IMG/VR virus record: IMGVR_UViG_3300024262_000013
Direction: 5' to 3' (one strand)
Origin: a virus
Lineage: Duplodnaviria > Caudoviricetes
Length of the DNA: 64,000 bases
Position 1 is the stretch's first letter; each line of letters begins with the position of its first letter. Shown piece by piece: positions 43,396 through 52,218 of this stretch. The translations under genes were made by a program, and so were the position numbers. The notes beneath the pieces are model-generated. The model saw only the letters and a program-made list of their open reading frames with translations. It searched no databases and was not told the origin of the DNA.

Positions 43396-44868
43396 ATGTC
43401 GTTTATATATAGAAACCCTAGTTCCGGAGCACCATTACCACAACCAAACGTTGTTTCCCCCGTAGAAATTATAGGGACTAACTTTAGTGTATTAGGTGCT
43501 GGAGGTTATATGGAAGTGTGGTCACTTTCTAATTTAACTTACCAAACTTTTGGGGCGAGTGGGGTTATATATAATAGTGGTAATACTATACCTATTTTTT
43601 ATAGTAAATCTAACCTTGGATTTATACCTAGTAAGTTAACCATTGAAAATGATGGTATAACATCGGGTAGACGTAGATTAGGTATGCAAGTTTACGTTCA
43701 TGAAACAGATACAGTTTATCAGTATATTATACCTAATTATGAAACTTTATTTAATGCTGCGAGTGGAGCGACTGAAACCGACGCGTTCGAAGGAAGTTAT
43801 ACAGTATCCGATAACACAACACCAGGTTTAGCTTTAGTTAACGCATGGTTAGACTCCTCAATAGAAGGAGTTAGTGGAGTTACACGAACAAACGCCAGAT
43901 GGAGAATATTTTATGGTACCGATATTACAGTAACAGGTGGTACCTATAGTAATGGTACAGCCATCTTTACTAATACTACGGGTGGGACATTCAACGTTAC
44001 AGGATTCAGTACGGGTAGTTCTAGTTCTTACACGAGTTGGTTTGCTGAAGGTGATAATCAAGCTCCGGCAGTACCGATTGATGTTGTTGACGGATTTACT
44101 TTAAAGTTTGCTGGCATTATTACATCAGGAGGAGCGGGAATAGCTACCGATTCGGCGATTAGTGCTAACGAGATGACCATTGGTTTAATTAATAATGGTG
44201 GTACTCCTGATTCAACAACATTCTATAGGGGTGATGGGCAATGGATAGTACCTACAGATATTGTGGTTAGTGGTGGTACTTACGATAATGCCTCTGGGAT
44301 ATTAACTTTAAATAGAAGTGATGGTGGTAGTTTACCAATCTCAGGATTCACTACGGGAACTACAGAGGACACTTATGTGACAGGAATGTCGTATAGTCAA
44401 GTATCAAAAGAATTAACTTTAGGGTTAAATGACGGAGTGGATTTTATTGCCACAGGATTTGCCGCTGAGGTAACGGGAGGTACATATAATAGTGGTGGTA
44501 CAATTACATTAAATAATAATGATGGTACCACATCTACAATAACAGGGTTAGGAACCATAAATACTAATATTTATACGGATGACGGTACACTTCAAGGTGA
44601 CCGCGTCGTAGAACAAGACACTCATCACATAACATTTAGTGGTGGAACAGGAGTGTCAATAGGTACAGGAACAACGTCACCTGTATGCGCCTTATTAGAG
44701 TTAGCGAGTGAAAATCAGGGGTTATTAATACCTAGGATGACACAAACTCAGAGAGAAAACATACCCACACCTTTACCTGGGCTTTTACTGTATTGTACAA
44801 ACACTACTGAAGGAGCTGAGGAAGGTTTATATATGTATAAATCTTTAGGATGGGTAAGTATACTATAA
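43396..44868 (+). CDS. Tail-fibre/spike-like protein
   Basis: Gly/Thr-rich VTGGTY..GTLTL repeats. C-terminal NIYTDDGTL and GLLIPRMT..QR..I..P..GL..Y module. Confidence 0.6.
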   Translation: MSFIYRNPSSGAPLPQPNVVSPVEIIGTNFSVLGAGGYMEVWSLSNLTYQTFGASGVIYNSGNTIPIFYSKSNLGFIPSKLTIENDGITSGRRRLGMQVYVHETDTVYQYIIPNYETLFNAASGATETDAFEGSYTVSDNTTPGLALVNAWLDSSIEGVSGVTRTNARWRIFYGTDITVTGGTYSNGTAIFTNTTGGTFNVTGFSTGSSSSYTSWFAEGDNQAPAVPIDVVDGFTLKFAGIITSGGAGIATDSAISANEMTIGLINNGGTPDSTTFYRGDGQWIVPTDIVVSGGTYDNASGILTLNRSDGGSLPISGFTTGTTEDTYVTGMSYSQVSKELTLGLNDGVDFIATGFAAEVTGGTYNSGGTITLNNNDGTTSTITGLGTINTNIYTDDGTLQGDRVVEQDTHHITFSGGTGVSIGTGTTSPVCALLELASENQGLLIPRMTQTQRENIPTPLPGLLLYCTNTTEGAEEGLYMYKSLGWVSIL

Positions 44869-44917
44869 GCCTAACTAATACTAAGAGGATAATAACCAAT
44901 TAAAAAAATATAATAAC

Positions 44918-46951
44918 ATGGCAACAAATGGTTTAAATTTACAAGCAAACGGTTTAAAACTGTCAACGGGAACAGTAGAGAGACAATTCATCACCAGCGC
45001 AGGTGATTTTGGTTTCAACACACTGACTCCGAGTACCGACTTTCACTTTAAAGGTGTATCAGGAGGAACGACAGGGTTTAGAATCGAAAGTTTGGGGGCG
45101 TCCAGTTCAAACACTAATTTTTTAGTCTCGGACGCTAACGGTGTCCTCGAAACACGTAATGATATCGCCGTAGGTACGGTAGTAACAGGAGTAACAGAGG
45201 CATCTAACGTAGTAACAGTCGCGTATAACGATACAGGGGATACATCATTCACTATCGACGCATTAACAAACATGTCCTATGATAGTTCATGGGGACTTAC
45301 AGGTTCAGGTACAGGTACTGTAAATGGAACTTTTGAGCTTCCATTCATTACTTCAGGAACATACAACGCAGGTACAATTACCTTAGCGATAAACGCAGGA
45401 TTAGAATCTGACATTACAATTACAGGTCTCGATGTGGGAACTATGAGTAGTTGGAAAATAGGTTCTACTTCAGGTACAGACCAAGACGTATCAGACGGAG
45501 AGACTGTTGATATAGTAGGTGGTACTGGTATATCAGGTGTAATTGGAGGTACAAGAACAGTTACTTTAACTCTTGACGACACGTCAGTAACTACAGGTTC
45601 TTACGGAGCGGCTAATACGGTAGCAACATTTGATGTTGATGACCAAGGTAGATTAACTGCGGCGTCTGACGTATCAATTGATATTACGGCATCTCAAGTT
45701 TCTGACTTTACGGCAGCATCTGAAACAGCTATCTTTACAACGGCTAACTTTGTAGATACTACAGGAGCGTCAGGTATTAACTTCACAGTAGTTAACGGAG
45801 CATCCGTATCAGGAGTTTTAGTAAACTCATCTATTAATACTGCTGGTACTACAGGTACTGGTTCGGTAGATTTAGGTGGAACAATAACGTACAGTTCATC
45901 TGATAGTTCAGTAGTAATTGCTGATAACGGTTCAGGTACATTTGACCTTACGGTTAACGCGGCATCGGTTTCGGATTCATATGTAACAGGTGGTACAGTC
46001 TCAGGTCAAAACTTAACATTAACTGTAAGTAACGGTAAACCTAACGTAGTAGTTTCAGGATTCAGATTTAATTTATCTGCACAATCAGGAATTAGTAACA
46101 TTGTTGATATGGGTAATACCATAATCTTAAATGGAGGTACAGGTATATCTTCTGTAGGTTCAGCAAGTGATACAGTAACATTCAATCTTGATAATACTAC
46201 GGTAACTGCAGCTTCTTACGGAGCGGCTAATACGGTAGCAACATTTGATGTTGATGCTCAAGGTAGATTAACTGCGGCGGCTGACGTAGGAATCATAATA
46301 ACGTCATCTGAAGTTTCTGACTTTACGGCAGCATCTGAAACAGCTATCTTTACAACGGCTAACTTTGTAGATTCGTCTGAACTTAATTTCACGGTAAGTG
46401 CAGGAGCATCAGTAACGGCAGCGTTAATTGATGGTTCTATTGCAAACGCAAGATTAGTGAATGATTCATTAACATTTGCGGGAACTGCAGGAACAGACTC
46501 AGAGGTGGACTTAGGTGGAACATTAACCTTCTCATCTTCTGATGGTTCAGCGATAATTACTTCAACTGCGGGAACTGATACGATTGACATTACAATTGAT
46601 GGTTCAGTAACATCTCAAAACATCTATACAGATGATGGTACTTTGGCAGCAGATAGAACAGTTACTCAAAGTGGTAATGCATTAACCTTTACAGGTGGTG
46701 ATGTTCAACTTGGTGGTGGAGTTTTCCATTATGATAGGATTAACACTAATGTTGGTATAGGTACAAGTACACCGGTAGTATCAGCGAAATTAGAGGTATC
46801 GTCAACTACTCAAGGTTTCTTATTCCCAAGGATGACATCAGCTCAACGTACAGGTATTGGTTCACCGGCAACGGGACTTATGGTTTACCAAACAGATGCT
46901 GAAGAAGGTGTTTATATTAATAAATCATTTGGGTGGGTACAAGTGATATAA
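44918..46951 (+). CDS. Tail-fibre-like protein with an internal duplication
   Basis: Duplicated GSYGAANTVATFDVD.QGRLTAA fibre segment. The C-terminal GFLFPRMTSAQR..GLMVYQ module is shared with the upstream gene. Confidence 0.7.
   Translation: MATNGLNLQANGLKLSTGTVERQFITSAGDFGFNTLTPSTDFHFKGVSGGTTGFRIESLGASSSNTNFLVSDANGVLETRNDIAVGTVVTGVTEASNVVTVAYNDTGDTSFTIDALTNMSYDSSWGLTGSGTGTVNGTFELPFITSGTYNAGTITLAINAGLESDITITGLDVGTMSSWKIGSTSGTDQDVSDGETVDIVGGTGISGVIGGTRTVTLTLDDTSVTTGSYGAANTVATFDVDDQGRLTAASDVSIDITASQVSDFTAASETAIFTTANFVDTTGASGINFTVVNGASVSGVLVNSSINTAGTTGTGSVDLGGTITYSSSDSSVVIADNGSGTFDLTVNAASVSDSYVTGGTVSGQNLTLTVSNGKPNVVVSGFRFNLSAQSGISNIVDMGNTIILNGGTGISSVGSASDTVTFNLDNTTVTAASYGAANTVATFDVDAQGRLTAAADVGIIITSSEVSDFTAASETAIFTTANFVDSSELNFTVSAGASVTAALIDGSIANARLVNDSLTFAGTAGTDSEVDLGGTLTFSSSDGSAIITSTAGTDTIDITIDGSVTSQNIYTDDGTLAADRTVTQSGNALTFTGGDVQLGGGVFHYDRINTNVGIGTSTPVVSAKLEVSSTTQGFLFPRMTSAQRTGIGSPATGLMVYQTDAEEGVYINKSFGWVQVI
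45598..46372 (+). repeat. 160-bp direct repeat pair, 615 bp apart
   Basis: 45598-45757 versus 46213-46372, with exact runs of 44 nt and 62 nt. Confidence 0.95.
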
Positions 46952-46988
46952 TTAAGATAGAAAATTTCAATATAATTTGTATTGAAAC

Positions 46989-46996
46989 TATTTATA
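46989..46996 (+). promoter_or_regulatory. TATTTATA motif
   Basis: Intergenic, upstream of ATG 47060 and preceded by an 8-bp inverted repeat. Confidence 0.55.
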
Positions 46997-47013
46997 ATTA
47001 AACTATAATTAAC

Positions 47014-47035
47014 GGGAGAGATTAACGTCTCTCCC
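47014..47035 (+). promoter_or_regulatory. GC-rich hairpin in the putative 5' UTR
   Basis: GGGAGAGA-TTAACG-TCTCTCCC with no U-tract, between the promoter motif and the ATG. Confidence 0.6.
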
Positions 47036-47059
47036 AAAGCCAAAAATAAAAAAAAACGA

Positions 47060-48145
47060 ATGGCCACTAACGGAACATATTACAGTAATTCAGGAGGATT
47101 AGACCTAACATCGGGAGGCAGTGCACGAATAAACATTGCCACTGGAGGAGGAATAACCTTTAATGGTGGTTACACATTCCCAACTGCGGATGGAAGTGCA
47201 AATGAAGTCTTAATAACTGATGGTGGGGGTAACGTTACTTTTAGTACGTTACCAAACGCATCACTTGACAATTCATCGTTTAGTGTAACTGCGGGTATAG
47301 GTATTGATACGTCAACCGCTTCCGTATCGTTAGGGGGTAATTTATCGTTAACGATTGACCTTTCAGAACTAACGACTACCACAACTGCGGGTAATGCGGA
47401 CTTCTTTACTGTTGTAAATTCAACTAATAGTCAATATAAAATAGCTCCAGGAAATATTAATATTTCTACATTTAATAATGATGCTGGATTTATTACATCT
47501 GCCGGTAATACCAACATATACAATACCAGTGGGTCATTAACTGCGAATAGAGTGATTACTCAAGGTGGTAATAACTTACAGATAAGAGAAACTACAGCGA
47601 CCGCATCAAATTTAAACATTTATTCAAGTAGTAACGCAACAATTAACACGCCAAGAGTTAGGATTGAGGGGGATAGTTCATATAATACGGTTCTTGAGTT
47701 AAAAATCGATGACAAATCAGTGTCAATTGTTGAGGGGTATAACGAACTTGGGGGATTAGTTTTCTCAGTTGACGGTTCGGGTAACTTAACCGCCAATTCT
47801 AAATCTTTCTTAATTCCGCATCCTTCAAAAGAGGGGTATAGTTTAAGGTATGGTTCTTTAGAGGGTCCTGAACATGGTGTTTATGTTAGAGGTAAAGTAG
47901 ATGGAACGAATACGATTGAATTACCGGAATATTGGTTAGACTTAGTAGATGAAGATACGATAACTGTTCAATTAACTCCAATAGGTTCACACCAAAACTT
48001 ATATGTGAAAGATGTATTAAATAATACTATAGTTATTGGTAACTCAAATATATTAAGTGCAAAAATTAAGTGTTTTTACTTAGTACAAGCCGAAAGAAAA
48101 GATATTGGTAAAATGGATGTAGAATATCCAAATACGATAAAGTAA
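47060..48145 (+). CDS. Tail-fibre-like protein with a conserved C-terminal domain
   Basis: YTFPTADGSANEVLITDGGGN fibre motif. The C-terminal KSFLIPHP...LEGPEHGVYVRG...LPEYW..LV...ITVQLTPIG pattern is common at the ends of phage fibre proteins. Confidence 0.75.
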   Translation: MATNGTYYSNSGGLDLTSGGSARINIATGGGITFNGGYTFPTADGSANEVLITDGGGNVTFSTLPNASLDNSSFSVTAGIGIDTSTASVSLGGNLSLTIDLSELTTTTTAGNADFFTVVNSTNSQYKIAPGNINISTFNNDAGFITSAGNTNIYNTSGSLTANRVITQGGNNLQIRETTATASNLNIYSSSNATINTPRVRIEGDSSYNTVLELKIDDKSVSIVEGYNELGGLVFSVDGSGNLTANSKSFLIPHPSKEGYSLRYGSLEGPEHGVYVRGKVDGTNTIELPEYWLDLVDEDTITVQLTPIGSHQNLYVKDVLNNTIVIGNSNILSAKIKCFYLVQAERKDIGKMDVEYPNTIK

Positions 48146-48172
48146 TATAAAATATTAGATTAAATAGAATTT

Positions 48173-48197
48173 AAAGAGGACTTAGTCCTCTTTTTTT
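48173..48197. terminator. Bidirectional intrinsic terminator
   Basis: AAAGAGGAC-TTA-GTCCTCTTT plus a T run, between convergent genes. Confidence 0.85.
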
Positions 48198-48349
48198 ATT
48201 TCATCATATATCTGAAATAATCTAAGACTTTCATCAAGATTATTTTCTAATATCTCCAACTCTTTAGCGTCTGTAGTTTGAGAAGATGCTTTAACATATA
48301 TGTCTTCGGCTTCATTAACTATTTGTATTATGGTTTTTAAAAGTTTCAT
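48182..48349 (-). CDS. Small hypothetical protein (55 aa), absent from the ORF track
   Basis: Manually translated: MKLLKTIIQIVNEAEDIYVKASSQTTDAKELEILENNLDESLRLFQIYDEIKKED*. It has a strand-matched TATTTATA motif 6 nt upstream and its stop codon lies in the terminator loop. Confidence 0.7.
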   Translation of the reverse strand: MKLLKTIIQIVNEAEDIYVKASSQTTDAKELEILENNLDESLRLFQIYDEIKKED

Positions 48350-48355
48350 CTTGTT

Positions 48356-48363
48356 TATAAATA
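48356..48363 (-). promoter_or_regulatory. TATTTATA motif on the minus strand
   Basis: TATAAATA on +, oriented toward the minus-strand ORF at 48349. Confidence 0.55.
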
Positions 48364-48456
48364 CTCAAAAAAGGTGTTTAGTTCTTTACTATTGATAAAT
48401 TTATATGATTTTTTAGTATACGAATATAAATATAAACTTTTAAAGAAAATAATAAA

Positions 48457-49725
48457 ATGGCACGTAAATCGCAAACAATTTTTGTACAAATAGCCGCCTA
48501 CAGGGACCCTGAATTAGTCAAAACTATCGAAAATATGATAGAAAATGCTAAAAGACCACAAAACCTTGTGTTAGGTATTTGTCGTCAATATCACCCTGAA
48601 GACGGGTTTGATAATTTAGATAAATATAGGGAAGATAAACGATTCCGAATTAGCGATGTCTTGTATACCGACGCTAAGGGGGTATGTTGGGCTAGGAACC
48701 AAGTACAACAATTATATGATGGAGAAATGTATACCCTACAGATTGATTCACATATGAGATTTGCCCCTGATTGGGATGTTGAGTTAATAAAGATGATTAA
48801 GGACCTCCAAAAGAAGGGAATACCAAAACCATTGTTGACAGGATACGTTTCGTCATATGACCCTGATAATGACCCTAAAGGACGAGTACAAGAACCATGG
48901 AGAATGGTTTTTGACCGGTTTATTCCTGAAGGAGCTGTATTCTTTTTACCTGAAACAATACCAGGACATAAAGAACTTGATATCCCTGTACCATCAAGAT
49001 TTTACTCAGCACATATGTGTTTTACTTTAGGTGAGTTTGCTGAAGAGGTACAACATAATCCTGAGTATTATTTTCATGGAGAAGAAATATCAATAGCGGT
49101 AAGAGCATTTACGTGGGGTTATGATTTATTTCATCCACATAAGACACTAATTTGGCATGAATATACACGTAAAGGTAGAACTAAACAATGGGACGATGAC
49201 TCAACATGGGGAGACAAAAATAGTCACTCACATTTAACAAATAGAAAGTTGTTCGGTATGGATGGCGAAAAACAAGAAGGGCATGAGGGTATTTATGGTT
49301 TTGGTACTGAAAGAACATTAAGGGATTATGAGGAGTATTCAGGGCTATTATTCTCTAAAAGAGCGATACAACAACATACGATAGATAAAAATTATCCACC
49401 AAATCCAGGAATAAGTGATTTTAAAAATGAGGAAGAGTGGATAGAAAGTTTTTCATCGATATTTAAACACTGTATAGATGTTGGTTTTGATAAGGTTCCT
49501 GAGAAAGATTATGACTATTGGGTTGTGGCCTTTCATGGTGAAAACGATAAAACTTTATTTAGAAAAGATGCCGATAAAAATGAGATTGATAGAATGATGA
49601 AGGACCCCGAAAAATACTGTAAAGTATGGAGAGAATTCCCAACTGCAGAAAAACCTAAATATTGGGTTGTTTGGCCGTATTCTAAATCTAAAGGTTGGTG
49701 TGAGAGGATAACAGGTAATTTATAA
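48457..49725 (+). CDS. GT60-like (Skp1/polypeptide GlcNAc-transferase-like) glycosyltransferase
   Basis: IFVQIAAYRDPEL..TI, GVCWARNQVQQLY.GEMYTLQIDSHMRF..DWD, LLTGY, FYSAHMCF, YFHGEEISIAVRAFTWGYDLFHP...WHEY all match the GT60/GlcNAc (PF11397-type) pattern. Confidence 0.8.
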   Translation: MARKSQTIFVQIAAYRDPELVKTIENMIENAKRPQNLVLGICRQYHPEDGFDNLDKYREDKRFRISDVLYTDAKGVCWARNQVQQLYDGEMYTLQIDSHMRFAPDWDVELIKMIKDLQKKGIPKPLLTGYVSSYDPDNDPKGRVQEPWRMVFDRFIPEGAVFFLPETIPGHKELDIPVPSRFYSAHMCFTLGEFAEEVQHNPEYYFHGEEISIAVRAFTWGYDLFHPHKTLIWHEYTRKGRTKQWDDDSTWGDKNSHSHLTNRKLFGMDGEKQEGHEGIYGFGTERTLRDYEEYSGLLFSKRAIQQHTIDKNYPPNPGISDFKNEEEWIESFSSIFKHCIDVGFDKVPEKDYDYWVVAFHGENDKTLFRKDADKNEIDRMMKDPEKYCKVWREFPTAEKPKYWVVWPYSKSKGWCERITGNL

Positions 49726-51308
49726 TGGTAGAAAAAATGGCAAATATAGCATTTTATGGTTCACATAATGCAACTGTGGCGGTAGAAAAAGAAGGTAAAA
49801 TAATAACAGTAATTGAGGTAGAAAGATTCTTATCGATGAAAAATGCGGGTTACGCTCAGTATTTGATATCGTACACTAGACCTTACTTAATGAAATATAT
49901 TTTAAAATATATTGAAGACGAATATGGTATTTCAGAATATGAAAACTGTTATTATTTAAATACAGATACGATAGAAAATGGGACTAAAGTTCATTATGAG
50001 AAACTTATATCCGCAAAAAATTACCATAATTCATTACATCACTTAAGTCATGCTGCTTGTGCATTATATCAAACTGATTATCAAGAAGCTTTAATAATTT
50101 CATTTGATGGCGGTGGTAATGATGGATTCTTCAATATATATTTAGCTAAAGATAGAGATAATATTCAATTATTAGAGAAGTATAATTTAGATTTAGGTTT
50201 TCCTTATATGTCTTTTGGGGACTATTTAAGTGATATTCGTAAAGAACCGGCACTTAATATAGGTAATTTAGTTTATTCAGGTAAAATAATGGGTTTATGT
50301 TCTTATGGTAACGTTAATAAAGAATGGTTACCTTATTTTGAGAATTATTATCGAAGAAAACCTGATGGGTTAAACTACAAAGAGTATTTAAATGATTTAA
50401 GTAATGAAACAGGTTTAATCTTTGATATTAATAATAGACTTACAGGTCAAACCGCTTGGGATTTAAGTGCTACTTCTCAAGAGGCATTTGAAAATGTTTT
50501 TATGGAAATGGCTCAACCATTTTTAGATAAGTACCCTAATATTCCATTGATAACTGTTGGTGGATGTGCGTTAAACATTTTATTAAATACCAAATTACAA
50601 AAAATGTTAGATAGACCTGTTTTTGTACCACCAAATCCTAACGATTGTGGTATCGCATCCGGTATGATATTAAATCACATCAAACCTAAAACCGCGATTG
50701 ATTTAACTTATGCCGGTACAGAAGTGTTAGATAAACATACTTTAATGTCACACGTTGAAGAAAGAAGAGCTAAGGAGTTAGATATTAACATATTATCTAA
50801 AGACTTGTCAGAAGGTAAAATTGTTGGAGTCGTAAGAGGAACGTCAGAACATGGACCTAGAGCGTTAGGTAATAGAAGTATTATTTGTAACCCCGCTTAT
50901 CCTGATATGAAAGACACATTAAACGCTAAAGTTAAAAATCGTGAGTGGTATAGACCTTTCGCTCCCGTATGTAGATTAGAGGACGTTGAAAAATACTTTA
51001 ATTTTTCAGGTGAAAGTAAATGGATGAGTTTTTGTCCGACAGTTAGAGAAGAATGGAGAGAAAAATTAACATCAATAACACACGTTGATGGTACGGCTAG
51101 AGTTCAAACAGTTACTTATGAACAAAACCCTTGGTTATATAATTTAATTGGGGAGTTTGAAAAATTATCAGGTATTGGGGTTTTATTGAATACGTCATTC
51201 AACGTTAACGGTAAACCAATCTTGAGTAGATATGCAGATGCGTTAACTGTATACGATAAAACTAAACTAGATTGTTTAGTACTCTCAGATTATTATTTTA
51301 AAAAATGA
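49725..51308 (+). CDS. NodU/CmcH-family O-carbamoyltransferase
   Basis: HNATVA..ERF, HHLSHAA, DGGG, GKIMGLCSYG, GGCALN, PNDCG, EHGPRALGNRSI, KNREWYRPFAP, HVDGTARVQTV and LLNTSFN motifs. Confidence 0.95.
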   Translation: MVEKMANIAFYGSHNATVAVEKEGKIITVIEVERFLSMKNAGYAQYLISYTRPYLMKYILKYIEDEYGISEYENCYYLNTDTIENGTKVHYEKLISAKNYHNSLHHLSHAACALYQTDYQEALIISFDGGGNDGFFNIYLAKDRDNIQLLEKYNLDLGFPYMSFGDYLSDIRKEPALNIGNLVYSGKIMGLCSYGNVNKEWLPYFENYYRRKPDGLNYKEYLNDLSNETGLIFDINNRLTGQTAWDLSATSQEAFENVFMEMAQPFLDKYPNIPLITVGGCALNILLNTKLQKMLDRPVFVPPNPNDCGIASGMILNHIKPKTAIDLTYAGTEVLDKHTLMSHVEERRAKELDINILSKDLSEGKIVGVVRGTSEHGPRALGNRSIICNPAYPDMKDTLNAKVKNREWYRPFAPVCRLEDVEKYFNFSGESKWMSFCPTVREEWREKLTSITHVDGTARVQTVTYEQNPWLYNLIGEFEKLSGIGVLLNTSFNVNGKPILSRYADALTVYDKTKLDCLVLSDYYFKK

Positions 51309-52192
51309 AAACAAAAATAGTTACATTCGTATATTTTGGCATAAATGACTTTCCTTTTTATGGTCACGAACCACAGGCTAGGTGGGATAGATATAAAAAT
51401 TCACTTTTACAATTATCAGAAATGGGTTTACCTATAGTTTGTTATTGTGGTAGTAACGTTTACCCTGAATTAAAAAAATTACTTGAAACCAATGAGGTAA
51501 AAAATATAGATTTAAGAATTAGGGAATTAGAAGATTTTCGTCATAGTAAAAGTATGATTAAGATTAAAGAAAAAAACCCTGAAAAATTTAACTTTTACTT
51601 AGAAGTCGGATGGGCTAAAATTGCCTTAATGGAAGAGGAAATGGAAGATGATTTAGATTATTTATATTGGGTCGATATTGGTTTATCTCATGTTGGGTTA
51701 TTTCCTTTTAGATTTAATAGTAATGGTGATAAGATTACAGGTACGTCAACAAATAAATATAGATACACTTTCGATAAAATTTTTAATACAGATACTTTTA
51801 AAAAAATTAATAATTGGGTAGGTGATAAATTAATTAATTTAACGAACACTCAATTTTTTCATAATGCAACTACACTTAATAATACTTTAGATAAAAAACA
51901 CAAATATAAGTCTTTAACCGTTGGTGGAATTATTGGGGGACATGTTAGTAAACTTCCTAACTTTTTTAAATCATTTGAAGAATACTCTCAAGTATGTTTA
52001 GAAAAAGAGTATTTACTAAATCATGAAGCGATGATGTCTACAATCTCTTACGATAGACCTGAGGATTATGAAACATTTATATTTGGAACATGGTATCACG
52101 AGGATACACCAATGAAACATGTTACAACAGAATTTTTAAACAGTAAAAAGAGTTTTTATAAATTCTTTGAGGAAATAGAAAATAAAAAATGA
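51305..52192 (+). CDS. HtrL/YibB (WlaTC)-like glycosyltransferase
   Basis: YLYWVDIGLSH, VGGIIGG and NHEAMMS parallel the FWLDAG / GGFFGG / TEESLFS motifs of the HtrL-like domain in the 52742 gene. Confidence 0.55.
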   Translation: MKTKIVTFVYFGINDFPFYGHEPQARWDRYKNSLLQLSEMGLPIVCYCGSNVYPELKKLLETNEVKNIDLRIRELEDFRHSKSMIKIKEKNPEKFNFYLEVGWAKIALMEEEMEDDLDYLYWVDIGLSHVGLFPFRFNSNGDKITGTSTNKYRYTFDKIFNTDTFKKINNWVGDKLINLTNTQFFHNATTLNNTLDKKHKYKSLTVGGIIGGHVSKLPNFFKSFEEYSQVCLEKEYLLNHEAMMSTISYDRPEDYETFIFGTWYHEDTPMKHVTTEFLNSKKSFYKFFEEIENKK

Positions 52193-52218
52193 AAGAATTA
52201 GAAAATAAAAAAAAATGA
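52189..52218 (+). other. 9-codon mini-ORF (MKELENKKK) linking two ATGA overlaps
   Basis: The ATG at 52189 overlaps the upstream TGA, and its own TGA (52216-52218) overlaps the ATG at 52215. Confidence 0.5.

Noticed and set aside
45598-46372. Repeat pair as a diversity-generating retroelement TR/VR
   Set aside because: Both copies lie in the middle of one ORF, the differences are not adenine-specific, and no reverse transcriptase is in the window.
48392-48419. Sigma70-like promoter TTGATA-N16-TAGTAT for the glycan cassette
   Set aside because: The match is weak and overlaps a one-mismatch AATTTATA motif, so the cassette's promoter class and timing cannot be called.
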